From: Octopus bimaculoides
Lineage: Eukaryota
Direction: 5' to 3'
NCBI RefSeq assembly: GCF_001194135.2
Contig: NC_068983.1
Location: forward strand, 109,500,451 to 109,564,450
DNA length: 64,000 bases
The position numbers and the translations under genes were made by a program. The notes below the pieces were generated by a model. That model saw only the letters and a list, made by a program, of their open reading frames with translations. It was not told the origin of the DNA and made no database searches. Numbering within the stretch: the first letter of the stretch is position 1; every line of letters starts with the position of its first letter. Below, one piece after another: positions 12,546-25,611 of this stretch.

Positions 12546-14837
12546 GTGCAATTGGATGCTACCAAACACATGTGTACAAAACATATTTTATTTCTCCTCA
12601 CGTAAAGTTCTTCATCAGTTCCTTGGTTATTTACACAAGCATTTGAACAAGAATGTTGTTTGCATTCTCACTCCTGTATATGAGGATTTGGAGTACAGTT
12701 GAGTTATATGTTTTTTAACATCACTGGATATGCACAGGAATTTGGTACAGTGAAATAAATTAAGTTGAATATAATAGGATATGATAACTTGAGATAAATT
12801 TGATGAAATAACTATTAAAAACTGTGAAGCAAATAAAGGCACAATATAAAATAATGTAAGATAAATGAAATGAGATAATCATGATGAGTAATATGGTTCT
12901 ATGTGTAGCTCAAAGTCCAATGGGTCTGCAGATGTGACATGGAGGACATGACAGTGTTTATGTGTGACTATTCCTTTGGTTCATTATTAAAAGTTTGTAG
13001 CAGTTTCTAGTGTATGTATGTGCTGATTCAATGTTGTATTTTTCTCCCCCATGAGTGACTGTTCATCATGACACATTGCTTCAAATTAGTGACAGTTTAT
13101 GATTTACTGNNNNNNNNNNNNNNNNNNNNNNNNNNNNNNNNNNNNNNNNNNNNNNNNNNNNNNNNNNNNNNNNNNNNNNNNNNNNNNNNNNNNNNNNNNN
13201 NNNNNNNNNNNNNNNNNNNNNNNNNNNNNNNNNNNNNNNNNNNNNNNNNNNNNNNNNNNNNNNNNNNNNNNNNNNNNNNNNNNNNNNNNNNNNNNNNNNN
13301 NNNNNNNNNNNNNNNNNNNNNNNNNNNNNNNNNNNNNNNNNNNNNNNNNNNNNNNNNNNNNNNNNNNNNNNNNNNNNNNNNNNNNNNNNNNNNNNNNNNN
13401 NNNNNNNNNNNNNNNNNNNNNNNNNNNNNNNNNNNNNNNNNNNNNNNNNNNNNNNNNNNNNNNNNNNNNNNNNNNNNNNNNNNNNNNNNNNNNNNNNNNN
13501 NNNNNNNNNNNNNNNNNNNNNNNNNNNNNNNNNNNNNNNNNNNNNNNNNNNNNNNNNNNNNNNNNNNNNNNNNNNNNNNNNNNNNNNNNNNNNNNNNNNN
13601 NNNNNNNNNNNNNNNNNNNNNNNNNNNNNNNNNNNNNNNNNNNNNNNNNNNNNNNNNNNNNNNNNNNNNNNNNNNNNNNNNNNNNNNNNNNNNNNNNNNN
13701 NNNNNNNNNNNNNNNNNNNNNNNNNNNNNNNNNNNNNNNNNNNNNNNNNNNNNNNNNNNNNNNNNNNNNNNNNNNNNNNNNNNNNNNNNNNNNNNNNNNN
13801 NNNNNNNNNNNNNTTAAGTTAAATTATGCATTAAATTATATAGTAACTCTTTGGATATGTGTTTGGTTCTAAGTTGTTTTTGCTGATGCATTCTACCTTG
13901 ATGAAGGCACCATTTTAACTAAGGCTAATGTCATAGAAATTTGAGCGATGGAAGAATCCTGTACTGGTCAACATGTTAGAGAGCCATTAAGAAATGCTTT
14001 TCCCATTAGATTATTAAGAATATTTGGGGAATAGTTTGATAGCTTGTTAATGAAATTGAAAGTTTCATTTGATTTTTCTGCATAGTGCATAAACTTAAGA
14101 TAGCAGTTATAAAGTTTATTACAACTTTCAAGTTGTCTCTAGCTATAATAGGAAATATTACATCTATAATAAAAATATAAAGATTTTTGCAGAATTTTTC
14201 AGCATGCTATGGGTCCATGTTGCAGAATATTAAACATCCAGCATTTCTTTGAAATTCTTAAGGAAGTGTTTTGAGAACGTGAAATATAAGACATACAGAA
14301 TATCTACCCTTAGAATGCTGTTGACCTCAGCACTTGGCAGAATTCTTTGATCTCATGGTAATCTCAAAGAAACATTTGATAGTGTTTAATCCAAATGGAA
14401 TTATTGAAAAATAAATAGATTTTCTAACATGTAGGAAGATATTAATCACTATATCCTGTAACAGTTAGCATTGTCTTCATACATACATACATACATACAT
14501 ACATGCATACATACATACATGTGTGTGCGTGTGTGTGTGTGTGTGTGTGTNNNNNNNNNNATATAAAATAATGTAAGATAAATGAAATGAGATAATCATG
14601 ATGAGTAATAAGGTTCTATGTGTAGCTCAAAGTCCAATGGGTCTGCAGACGTGACATGGAGGACATGACAGTGTTTATGTGTGACTATTCCTTTGGTTCA
14701 TAATTAAAAGTTTGTAGCAGTTTCTAGTGTATGTATGTGCTGATTCAATGTTGTATTTTTCTCCCCCATGAGTGACTGTTCATCATGACACATTGCTTCA
14801 AATTAGTGACAGTTTATGATTTACTGTCAACATATAT

Positions 14838-15262
14838 AGGTGCAGGCAGGGCCGTATGATAAGAAGCTTGCTTCCCAATCACATGGTTCTGGTTTCAGTC
14901 CCACTGCATGACACCTTGGGCAAATGTCTTCTACTGTAGCCTCAGGCTGACCAAAGCCTTGTAGATAGATTTGGTAGACAGAAACTGTGAGTGTACGTGT
15001 GTGTGTGTGTGTGGTGTGTGTGTGTGCGTGTGCATGTGTGTGACTGTGTCTGTGTTTGGCACCCCCTATTACTCCTTGACAACTAGTGTTGGGTTGTTTA
15101 TGTTGCTGCAACTCAGTGGTTCAGCAAAAGAGACCGATAGAATAAGTACTAGGCTTAAAAGATAAGTTCAGGAGTCAATTTGTTTAACTAAAAAACTCTT
15201 CAAATTATTGTTCCAACATGGCATCAGTCAAATGACTGAAACAAGTAAAAGAATAAAAGAAT
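14838..15262 (+). mobile_element. Full-length tRNA-derived SINE with internal (TG)n
   Basis: Head AGGTGCAGG...GGTTCTGGTTTCAGTCCC, body GACCAAAGCCTTG, tail GATAGAATAAGTACTAGGCTT...GACTGAAACAAGTAAAAGAA; same family as 41601-42232 and 60042-60431. Confidence 0.85.
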
Positions 15263-17081
15263 GCATTATCACCATATGGAGTAACAGGTACTGTATACTG
15301 ATGCAAAGTTGTGTCTCACAAAGTAATTTTACTTACTTAAGCATTTTATAGTATTTGTAACTAGAGGGAATATTTAAATACAAATATTTCCTCCAATCAC
15401 TAAATTACAATAATATAACAAATATTTCATGTCACGAATATAAATGAGAAAAAGATTTTTGCTACTGGTCTGACATTGTGTAAGTTAAATTATGCATTAA
15501 ATTATATAGTAACTCTTTGGATATGTGTTTGGTTCTAAGTTGTTTTTGCTGATGCATTCTACCTTGATGAAGGCACCATTTTAACTAAGGCTAANNNNNN
15601 NNNNNNNNNNNNNNNNNNNNNNNNNNNNNNNNNNNNNNNNNNNNNNNNNNNNNNNNNNNNNNNNNNNNNNNNNNNNNNNNNNNNNNNNNNNNNNTCAAGT
15701 TCAATTCAATGGTAGACCATGGACTAATATCTACTCTTGAAGTTTTTAATTTACCAATACCTTGTGAGAATTTATTAGATGGAAAATGGATAGAAGTTTG
15801 TCCTGTGCATGTATGTGTGTGTGTGTGTGTTTCTCTCTCTCTCTCTCCCTGTTTCCTTTTTCTTTTTTTATTTATTATAATACTCCCTAGAAGAACGGAA
15901 TTCTTCCCTAGCATGGAAACAAAGTTCCATCTCTGAAAATTAGTAAACATTAAGGATAGGTGTTATATGTTGAACTTTAAAAGTCTTGTTTATTTTCACA
16001 GTTCCACTTATTAATTGTATTTGCAAATTGTATAGTAGCCAGTCCTTTTTAATGCCTGAAAATCCTAGCTTTCTTTGATTGTCAGTTAGGCATTTACTAG
16101 CAAAGCCAAGTGCACCAATAATTATTGGGATACAGTTAACTTTGTAATTAGGTTAGAAGAACTGCAGGTTTTGAAGCAGCTGTTAAAAATCTTCTTCTCA
16201 ATAATTTGGGAAGAGAACAGGTATCCTCTACAACTATGCATGAGTTTTCTTGTCTGCCCAAAATAAGTCTACTGGTCATATTGCATGTGCACTTGATTGA
16301 AGTTTTGATGAGAATATTTAACCAATATTCCTTGTGTTGATATGTATGAATGTAAATATTCAATAACTGAGATGTTGNNNNNNNNNNNNNNNNNNNNNNN
16401 NNNNNNNNNNNNNNNNNNNNNNNNNNNNNNNNNNNNNNNNNNNNNNNNNNNNNNNNNNNNNNNNNNNNNNNNNNNNNNNNNNNNNNNNNNNNNNNNNNNN
16501 NNNNNNNNNNNNNNNNNNNNNNNNNNNNNNNNNNNNNNNNNNNNNNNNNNNNNNNNNNNNNNNNNNNNNNNNNNNNNNNNNNNNNNNNNNNNNNNNNNNN
16601 NNNNNNNNNNNNNNNNNNNNNNNNNNNNNNNNNNNNNNNNNNNNNNNNNNNNNNNNNNNNNNNNNNNNNNNNNNNNNNNNNNNNNNNNNNNNNNNNNNNN
16701 NNNNNNNNNNNNNNNNNNNNNNNNNNNNNNNNNNNNNNNNNNNNNNNNNNNNNNNNNNNNNNNNNNNNNNNNNNNNNNNNNNNNNNNNNNNNNNNNNNNN
16801 NNNNNNNNNNNNNNNNNNNNNNNNNNNNNNNNNNNNNNNNNNNNNNNNNNNNNNNNNNNNNNNNNNNNNNNNNNNNNNNNNNNNNNNNNNNNNNNNNNNN
16901 NNNNNNNNNNNNNNNNNNNNNNNNNNNNNNNNNNNNNNNNNNNNNNNNNNNNNNNNNNNNNNNNNNNNNNNNNNNNNNNNNNNNNNNNNNNNNNNNNNNN
17001 NNNNNNNNNNNNNNNNNNNNNNNNNNNNNAGGCATTTACTAGCAAAGCCAAGTGCACCAATAATTATTGGGATACAGTTAA

Positions 17082-18173
17082 ATTTGAAATGAAATTCATC
17101 ACAATAGGTTTGATTTTTGAACTCCTTCTCTCACAGGAAACTATCAAGGTACTTGAAAAAGTGGTAGTTGGTAGGAGAATAAGCTGGGTGGGGAAGAACA
17201 TTGTAGCCAAGTTCCCTAAACTTCTGAAGCATCATTAGTGAAGAATGACTGGCCCTCTTCTGTCGACCAGTCTGGGACGGAGGAGAAGCAGTTTTTCTTT
17301 CATTTTGGCAATTTCGTGGAAATATGTTTTTGCAATAATGGTTTATCTGGATTTTTAAGAAGTTACAGTAGCTGAATCCAGCAGTACACCACCAAACAGT
17401 TACTGTAACCTTCTTTTTGAAGAGCTTGGATTTAGGGAAGGTTTTCAATGCTTCATTTTGATCCAACCACTGTAAAGAACGTTTTTATTATTGTACAGGA
17501 TCTACTTTGCATTGTAGGTTACAATACAGTCAAGAAATGAATCGATCTGGTTATGGAGAAGAAATAAGGAACAAATTTCATATCTGTGCATTTTCTGATT
17601 TTCATTCAAATCGTGTGGTACCTATTTGTCAAGCTTTTTTGATTTTCCGGTCACATGCAAATGATTACAAGCAGTTTTCTGGCTAATTTGGAGTTCTTTT
17701 GCCAGTTTTCAAGTGGTTTTACGTGGATCTTTCTCAATGACAGTTTTTAATTGACCGTCATCGATGACAGATGGGTGTCCACTATGCTCATGGTCTTCAA
17801 GGCTTAAGTCTCCTGCAAAATCGCCCTGAGTCTCCTGCAAAATCACTTAAACCATTTTTGAGCTGACCACTCACTAGTCATTTCCTCACCAAACGTTTTG
17901 TTGATATTGTGAGCAGTTTCAGTTGCTTTATATCCTTTTTTGAAGTGGATTAGCAAAATTGTTCAAATATCACACTTTGAGAGTTCCATTTCAAATTATT
18001 GTAACAATAGTAAAAAAAAACAACAAAGTTAGTTTATTGATGCATTTGAGCAAACCTATGTCTGTATTATCAGACAATTGCAAAAAAATGTTTTAAAAAA
18101 ATTCAAAACATTGCAAAAGTCTGGTACAAATTTTTCAGGGTTCAAAACATTGCTTACATTTTACTTAACCTGA
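17082..18173 (-). mobile_element. Second copy of the 9043-10260 mariner family, one TIR missing
   Basis: TIR CATTGCTTACATTTTACTTAACCTGA then TA at 18174-18175; minus ORF MDQNEALKTFPKSKLFKKKVTVTVWW and HPAYSPTNYHFF; the other end is truncated at ~17082. Confidence 0.9.
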
Positions 18174-18179
18174 TAGAAA

Positions 18180-18247
18180 ACACTTCCTGAAAGTGCCATG
18201 CAGGGAGACTGAACCTGGAACCATGTGGTTAGAAACTGAATTTCTTA

Positions 18248-18250
<3 letters not shown>
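18180..18250 (-). mobile_element. SINE head fragment
   Basis: Reverse complement ATGGTAAGAAATTCAGTTTCTAACCACATGGTTCCAGGTTCAGTCTCCCTGCATGGCAC matches the head of the SINE at 14838. Confidence 0.65.
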
Positions 18251-18299
<49 letters not shown>

Positions 18300-18476
18300 A
18301 GACATCAAGACTTCCCTGAGTTACTGAACTAATTATATTCCCTTGTGACACAAGCTGTCAGAAATGCAATACACCAGTGTTGTTCTATTGCAAATATGTA
18401 ACAAATGACAAATGACCCTCCTGTTAGCAAATTCTGATATAAAGTTAATAAATCATATATACACACACACCCCACG

Positions 18477-18516
<40 letters not shown>

Positions 18517-20904
18517 CACACACTATGTATGAAGATACACATTATGTCCAACACCTGTCATATAATTTAACAGATTAGGAATGTGCCCATCTGAAATATA
18601 AGTGATAGATAGATAAGTTCAAAAATAAATTTAGAACCTTTTAAGCTGAAAGTGCATTTCCAAATTAACACGTCAAAGTGAAATATTTATCTGCAGTATG
18701 ATATAAATTGATAGCTTTACTTAATCTATATATATATTCTTTGCTTATTGAAATAATTTGAATAACTTCTCTGCCTAACACACAATTTATATCATCATAG
18801 CTATTTAGAATGTTCTATGTAATTTATGTATGGCTATATATATTACTCAATGTATTCATATTCTTGTTCACAATAATGCCAAGAAAACTTTACATAGCTA
18901 AATTTAAAACCATTGACAGTGCTTGAAGAAAGAAATTTGGTATCATCTGGTGAGTAATAGACAAGTCATAAAACTTTTGTATGTTATACTATTCATGAAA
19001 ATTTTGAGTTTTGTAAAGCATTTAAAATTATCTTTATTTTTGAAGAATGTTTTATGTTTGCAAAAGTCATTATAAATTAAATTGCAAATTTTGAAGTAGA
19101 AAATTATTGAAAATTAATATATTCATATCAAAATGCTTGCAGGAAAAAATAAACTTAAAATGATTATTGAATATACTTTGTCATTAACCTTAATTGCCAC
19201 AAAGAGTAAATCAAAGGGAAGAAAATGGTATCAAAAACAGTCAGTTACAAATATAGGATTCTAATTTTTAGAGATAGATAACTTTTAACTAATTGCAAGC
19301 AACCCAGAAAATTAGGTTAAAACAAGAATATATATTCTTATACAGCATTAAATAAAATTTTTTATAGTGTAATTTAGAATTTTCGTGAAGTATTTATTGA
19401 ATTTTCAACATTAGAATAACAGTTCTCTTTATCAATCCATATTTAAGAATCTGATTACAAACTATGATTGACCTTGACCTAAAGCCAAATGATATACAGT
19501 TAGGTGGCAGTGATAATGATTGTATTGTAAGGTATAAATATTCCTGACAATTTAAGAATAAAATTCTTAAGAAGTAGATAATATATATAATTCTTTTTAA
19601 ATAAGGAACTATTCTTTGAAATCATATATTATATAATTTTTGTAAGCCAAAAATAGTTAAATACAATTCAGATTTATATCATAGCTTACTTGTTATCTGT
19701 AATGATGTTTACATTACCCCAGTCTTGTAGATTAGACAGTTACTGTCTACAGCAATGTTGTACATCCTTAAAACAGTTGAATTATTGCTTATGCGTGTAG
19801 CATTAGGGTAAAAAAATTAAATAGAATACACAGATACATCTCTTTGAAATTCATGACTTTATCTAGAGTTTCTTTAATATTGAAATAAATATTACTTTGA
19901 TAAAAAAAAAATTATATAGAAATATATATTGCAATTATAGAGATGTTGTAAATTGCACCATCTTTATCAATACATTACAGCAAATATATTCAATGATAAC
20001 AATCATCATTTGTGTAAAATTTCAGTAAATAGGAACAATGCCAATGCAACATAATGCCAATACTTGAAATTATACAATAGAATTCAGAAGCTAAGAAACA
20101 CAAGTATGAAATTAAAAAAGATTCTTCAGTTATAAAATTCTTATGGCACAAAAATAAGAGACTGAATAAAATGAATATTCAAAAACACCAAGTATCAAAT
20201 TTCATCAATATGAGGAGGAACCGAAGAAAATGTTAGAACAAGATATTTCAACAGAAAGTACAACCATACATCTCAATGTAGTCTCTTGAATTGCTAGAAA
20301 TGATAATGAAATTTGTCTCAAAATCAAATAACACTTGTCTAAAAATATACAATGGAGAATATAATTAATTGCAAAAAGATGCAATTGCCAAGGCTGTGAT
20401 GCTTATGATCATACTTCTACTTGATAAAAGCAAATCTTTGTCTAATTAACTGCAAAATAAAACATGATTACATGGATTATGTGACAGCACAAAAGGTACA
20501 ATATTTTGGTATTGTGTTTCTTTCTCATATTGCCCAAAGATATTCTATATTTATTTTACACATTCTGCACTATTTTGTTTAAGCAGTAGTAAACAGTTTT
20601 GTTTAAACAGAAGCCTTTTGCATTTTTAGTGTCATTCTGCTCTGTTCAATAACCAACAATGGTACAAACTTTCTTGGCTAGACTATATGGAATGCCATGT
20701 TTTATATATGCCTGATGACTATTTTATAGTACTTGTTGCTCTTGAAAATTCAGTCTTTTAATGTAAATTATTCAGAAGATTGCTGTATTTTTCTAAAGTA
20801 TTTACTGAGTTATCCACATTTAAAACAATCATCAATAAGTATACACAGATATAAAGATATGTACACACACGCACACAGTGGTGGACTGGATCTAAAAATA
20901 TTGG

Positions 20905-21090
20905 TTGCCAGGAGACTAAGGTGGCCCACCCGCAACTACAATGCTATCGTTTATTTACTTTTTTTGTTAAAAGTATTCTTTTCACCTGTCTACAAACACG
21001 GCCAGGCTGAAATATCTAATGCATTCTTCCAGGAGTGAATAAAAAATTCTCAAACTTAGATACTAACATGGGACCCCCATATATGGATTC
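20905..21090. repeat. Unclassified dispersed repeat, copy 1 (copy 2 at 63445-63640)
   Basis: Shared TTTGTTAAAAGTATTCTTTTC...GCTGAAATA...AGGAGTGAATAAAAAATTCTCAAACTT...AGATACTAACATGGG. Confidence 0.75.
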
Positions 21091-21134
21091 TAATGCACAC
21101 ACATACACACATATATTTATACATATATACATAA

Positions 21135-21136
<2 letters not shown>

Positions 21137-21201
<65 letters not shown>
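21137..21201. repeat. (CA)n microsatellite
   Basis: Seen directly. Confidence 0.95.
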
Positions 21202-21202
<1 letters not shown>

Positions 21203-21214
21203 TTTAGACAGGTC

Positions 21215-21400
21215 ACATTTAGCACAAGGTCAAAAGGAAGAGTTGTATTTGATATAGTAATTTTTTATAGACCTCAGAAGAATTAAATTGAAAATCAGCT
21301 CTGAAGGTATTTGAACTCAGAACATGAAGAGGCGAAATTAAATATAGCCAGTCATTTTGGTTCTCTAAATTTGTTCTGTCATCTACTGTCCAACACTAAT
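21215..21400 (-). mobile_element. Degenerate SINE of the family arrayed at 25612-26590
   Basis: TATAGACCTCAGAAGAATTAAATTGAAAATCAGCTCTGAAGGTATTTGAACTCAGAAC resembles the array units and the copy at 39710-39910. Confidence 0.45.
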
Positions 21401-21516
21401 ACTAACAACAACAATTTCTTAAAATACCATTAAATCATAAGAATCAACCACAAGTGCTGCAAAGCAACAGTTAACATAAATATTGGTGATTATTTCTTCA
21501 CATTTCATAATGATAC

Positions 21517-21524
21517 TAATAATA

Positions 21525-21562
<38 letters not shown>

Positions 21563-21600
21563 AATAATAATAATGATTATGAGGATAATAATAATAATAT
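21517..21600. repeat. (AAT)n/(GAT)n trinucleotide repeat
   Basis: Seen directly. Confidence 0.9.
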
Positions 21601-22679
21601 CTAACTACAGTGCAAAACTATAATTTCAGATAGGGGTACTATCTTTTAAAATAATTCAGTATATTACAGGTACTTATATATAATGAGATGCTAAATTCAA
21701 AGTTGACCCAACACTACCACCAGGATTTCAATTCAAATACAGCAAAATTACTACAATTGGACTTGGCACTCTACCATTTCAGTAATGTTAGAATGTGTCT
21801 CTCCACATTTATCTGCCTATCATTTATAGACTGCATATCAAGCAACCATTCCTTTCAGTATATTAAACATGTTGCAATGTTCTAGCTAAATTAATGGCAA
21901 CACATTAACTTCTCAGAATCTCAAGAGACATGTTAAAACTGACTATTCCCAATGAACATCTCTCCATTCAGCAACTAATATGATAGTAAAATGCAAGATA
22001 GACAAAGTAAGGAGAACCAAAATATCTTTATTAAAATGTGGTCGTAAATAATAGTCTATATCAATTATAGGACACTTTGTTTTTGCAGAATCTGAACTAA
22101 GAAAATAAAATAGTGTAATTACATACCAGAAGCATTTAGTCTAATACAGAATTCACAAAATTAAATAATTCAGAAAAATATATTATATACTAGCATTTCA
22201 TGTTGATGAAGGCAATATAAGAAATATGTAAAAACAAGGCACAAAATGTAGAACATTAAACTGAGATAGCACTCTTTCATTGGTTGGGAATTTCAATCTT
22301 ATTTCAACTAATCAATAAAATATTAATTAGTAATTAATTTGTAGTTGTTTACTCAATTAACAATTCATAGCTTTCAACAAATCCTTGTTTACAGGGAAGA
22401 AAGAATATTTCATATCTCATATGTATTTAACTTTTTTTTTATTAATAATAAAGCTAAACTTCTATTTCACTTCATGTGTATCAATATAGCTTTTAAGATG
22501 ACTACTTCAAATTTGGAAACCAAATTGCATTCTACAACTGAACTAAAAGTAATGTATCATGTTGCAACAGCTTCTTTAATGGGAACACACTAATTATGAA
22601 GTGGTAACATAATTTTCTCTAATGATGTTACAATTTTATATGAATTTTCTCTATCTCCATTATTTAAAAAGATGTATCA

Positions 22680-22885
22680 TAGATAGACAGACAAACAGAT
22701 AGACAGAAAGACAAACAGACAGACAGATTGACAGAAAGACAAACATACAGATAAACAGACAGACAGCTTGACAGAAAGACAGACAAGCAAACAGACAGGT
22801 TGACAGACAAACAGACAGACAGAGAGAAGAACAGATGTGTGGTTGGATGGACAGACAGACAGATGGATGAATGGATGGATAGATA
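22680..22885. repeat. Degenerate (AGAC)n/(AGAT)n/(GGAT)n tetranucleotide repeat
   Basis: Seen directly. Confidence 0.9.
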
Positions 22886-24838
22886 GTAATTCATTTTTGC
22901 AAATAATATGCTCTTAAGGTTAACAAGTTTAGTCAGCATTTGTAATTTGCTTTAGATTAGATATATTGGATTTTAGAAATTACTGTAACTATTAATGCTA
23001 TCTTGTCATTGTTCAACATTTTATTTTTATTGTTTTACATCCAATTCTCCATGATAGCATGGTTGAAATGACTTTTGCAAGTTAGAATAACCACATAATG
23101 CTTTCAGAGTGGAAAGCTATTCTTACCACTAATCATTAAAGTATAAATGACAAGTGAACCATGTAAACAGATAAGCAGAATGAATGAAGTTGTGTTCTTT
23201 GTCCATAAGCCTAGCTGTAAAGTTTGAAATCATAACTTTAGTTTGTAGAAAAGAACTCTGATAGGATTCCATATTCTGGTAAATACTAAAACATTTAGAT
23301 ATAGATAAACTACTTGTGAGAATAGGTCACGAAATCTCCTCTGCTGCTACTGCTATCTATGCTCTCCAGTGGACATTATTCAAATCCCTGTGAATTTCTT
23401 TTTCACTCGCCTCTCCTCTTCCCTGTACTGAAATATTGAGTATCTAACTCCCAGAGGTTACATACACAACATTCTCCTTAAGAATTTTTCTTAATCTTTC
23501 CTATTCTAAAATTCTACCCTTGAACCTTGCAATGCTCAAACTGAACTTCCAGCTGTCCTTAATGCTTATAAAATATATATTGACAGAAGAGTCTGTAGAA
23601 GAAATTCAGAACTGTTTAAAATTTGTTTGTATTACTATTTAAAATCCAAGACAACAATGCAATTGCCAAACTTCCATAATTAATGTGAATCAAGAAACAG
23701 ATAATCGTTTGAAAGAAAACTACTTTAATTCGATAAACAAACACTGCTACTTCCATTATTATTGCTATTACAGCTACTGTTACTGTTGCTGCTGTACCTA
23801 CTACTTCCCTTTCTTCTAGACTCAACAAGTGAAAAAAAAAAAACGATATGCATTGTATGTGCAATGCTTTCATTTCTGCATCATAAATTTATTAATTGAT
23901 TAAGCATTTCAACACCTACTTCATGTGAAATTATAAACCAAAAGACATAAATATGACATAGATATTAAATTTGTGATCAGCTTCTTCCAAACCACATTAA
24001 AGTGTTAAAATATAAAAAAAAAACTATAATGAAAACCTACTTATGTCAATTATTTATCTTTCCCTCAGTAATTTTGTATATACCACTATATTTATAGTAG
24101 AGCTATATAACCTCTGGTATTTGACTATTTGTGTGGTTGTTCATCGCTTTATGTTTTTTTTTGTTTTTTTTTGTTTTGTTATCTGATGAAACTGTCCATC
24201 AGTGTTCAAGCAAAAATTCTACATAATAAATATGAATGAAATAGGGTTGTATTAAGAACATGTGGTCTATAAATTCTTAATTGGCTAAGTATATAATTTT
24301 TTGTTATATAAATTACTGACACATCAACATTATTTATTTTTCATACTAAATGTTACTTTGTGTATACCCAAAGACTTTTGCATACACAAATTAAATAAAT
24401 TTACTCGATATGTATTACTGGCATAAATATCTGTCATGATTCTACAATCTCATCATGGACAATAAAAGAGGGACTGACTGGATGATGCTGTATAAATTAT
24501 TTTTTAAGTTTTATTATTAATTGGTCCCTCCACATTTTTATGCCACTGCAAAATTTTATTTAGAGTTACTGGTGTTAAACTTATAACAAAATTAGATTGA
24601 CAGAATTGTGCATTTGGCACATTTTATGCATTATAAATTTATATATTGTATATTTGGCTGTTGATTCTGTTTACATAAATAATTTATATGCTAACAGTGT
24701 TTTTATTTTTCATACAAATGTTTACTATGGAGCATACCCAAAGATTCCAAACATTACTGCATTGTAAAAGAGTTTTTATGTGATTTAATTATAAACATTT
24801 CAACAGTAGCTTTGAGGAGGCTGCAAAATGTAAGACAA

Positions 24839-24889
24839 CCTATTGCTGATAAAGCTCTCAGAACAGCTGAAACAGTGTTGTCCATTTGG
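24839..24889 (+). ncRNA. Degenerate minimal type I hammerhead ribozyme motif (Penelope-type relic)
   Basis: CCTATTG-CTGATAA-AGCT(CTCAGAAC)AGCT-GAAAC-AGTGTT-GTC-CATTTGG: stem II, GAAA, stem III and GUC triplet intact; core G8 is A and stem I has two mismatches. Confidence 0.45.
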
Positions 24890-25611
24890 ACTCACATTGA
24901 GATTATATAAACATAATAGACATTTACAGCTATCTTATATGTCTAGTAAATTTATTCATGAAAGTAGTAATGGTTAAAATATTGTGTATAGTCAGTAGAA
25001 AACCTGTAACATTCTTAATGATACTATGGCAAACCTTCTGCAGCTGTCAGAAAAAAATTACTGTTTGTGTAAATGTAAATGTTTCTAATACAAGTAAGGG
25101 AATTCATAGAATAAAACTTTTTTGACATGACCTAAATTTCATAGAAAACTTTGTAATTTGATAGTATGGAAAACAGGTATTAAAGCTATGACAATGATGA
25201 TAGCAGTGGCAATGGTACCTCTAATAACAAAATATATATATATATATATTTCAGATAAAAGACAATTCAAGTTAAATTTATGATATTTTATGTCATGAGC
25301 AAGCCAAACCAATCTTGGATTACGTATTATAATATCTTCAATAAAAATGTCATTAAATATATATAAAGGTGAGTTCCAAAATCAGACAATATCTGCATAA
25401 AAAACATGAACAGGATAGGAATCAAGCATTTTTCCAAAAGTTAGTAATGGAGTGAACTTTACTAAAGGCACCTCATGGTAGTACTTAACAGACTGTGTTT
25501 GATCTGCTTATATGTACCTGCATGTTCCTGAAAGGTTGCATCACAATTAATAACTTTTACATGCATTCTTCTTACCAGCATTGTATTTTTCTCTTAATAT
25601 TAATTTGTTAC

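Noticed and set aside
14314-14357. Candidate 44-nt plus-strand exon NAVDLSTWQNSLIS
   Set aside because: Plausible splice sites but no independent support; gives a different frame for the 16152 exon.
20636-20830. Possible hAT zinc-finger relic (FNNQQWYKLSWLDY)
   Set aside because: Single weak motif, no downstream catalytic motifs.
24335-24750. Imperfect ~45-bp direct repeat 370 bp apart
   Set aside because: AT-rich and diverged; no TG..CA ends, PBS or other support for a mini-LTR.
25255-25368. 114-nt segment with good acceptor and AAG|GTGAGT donor
   Set aside because: Stops in all three frames; two in-frame TGAs with no evidence for selenocysteine recoding.
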